A stretch of 64,000 nt of DNA, taken from NCBI RefSeq assembly GCF_001194135.2, contig NC_068995.1, forward strand, positions 35,657,380 to 35,721,379, read 5' to 3'. The translations under genes and the position numbers were made by a program. This DNA is from Octopus bimaculoides. Taxonomy: Eukaryota. The notes under the pieces are model-generated. The model was not told the origin of the DNA and made no database searches. It was given only the letters and a program-made list of their open reading frames with translations. The stretch's first letter is position 1, and every line of letters begins with the position of its first letter. Shown piece after piece: positions 63,570 to 64,000 of the stretch.

Positions 63570-63889
63570 CAGGGGTGGGAACTTTTTTAACCAATTTCCC
63601 CAAAATATATTTATTTACGCCGACCTTACCCTTTGACTTCAGAGGAAGGAAATCATAGATTCTTTTTCTTTAAAAAAGTTTATTGAATTTATTTTATTGA
63701 ATCTATCTATTTAAATTAATTTACACATTCATTACATTGGACAGTTGCAGTTGTTGCCAGAAAAATTTCTATTGTAACAAGGAACACGTCTTTTATATGA
63801 TTTTACTTATGTGTAATGAATTCTCATTACCCGCAAGAATTTCATTTTTATCCCACTTGGGGTAATTTACCCCGGTTCGCCGACCCCTG
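63570..63889. mobile_element. hAT-type MITE
   Basis: TIRs CAGGGGTGGGAAC and GTTCGCCGACCCCTG, with an 8-bp TSD TATTATAC/TATTTTAC. Confidence 0.85.
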
Positions 63890-64000
63890 TATTTTACTGA
63901 TTAAAATCGCCTAGAAAAAAAGGTGCCGAGTAATTGAGAAACATAAACGTTTATGTATATATATAATGTGTATATATATATATATATATATATAATGTAT

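Noticed and set aside
1-64000. CRISPR arrays, rRNA genes, prokaryotic operons
   Set aside because: There are no regularly spaced repeat-spacer arrays, rRNA-like sequence or dense coding; the DNA is eukaryotic and repeat-dominated.

Overview
This is eukaryotic, AT-rich, repeat-dense DNA from a draft assembly with about 13 N-gaps. The SINE families, mariner relics and microsatellite load look like a coleoid cephalopod, most likely Octopus; that is inferred from repeat content, not verified. No protein-coding gene can be identified with confidence, and most of the longer ORF-track entries are microsatellite, N-gap or decayed-transposase translations. The window holds about 30 copies of three tRNA-headed SINE families, several decayed Tc1/mariner elements (DD34D and one DD37D), Penelope-, RTE- and R4-like LINE relics, a non-autonomous Helitron, hAT- and Tigger-type MITEs and several long fold-back elements. 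The most unusual structure is at 42825-43325: two head-to-head copies of a tRNA-headed element, each carrying a minimal hammerhead-ribozyme motif. A second, unrelated hammerhead core lies at 3283-3380. A few short splice-bounded candidate exons, including a tight three-exon minus-strand cluster at 14.5-14.9 kb, suggest the window may be intronic or host small transcripts; these calls are low confidence.
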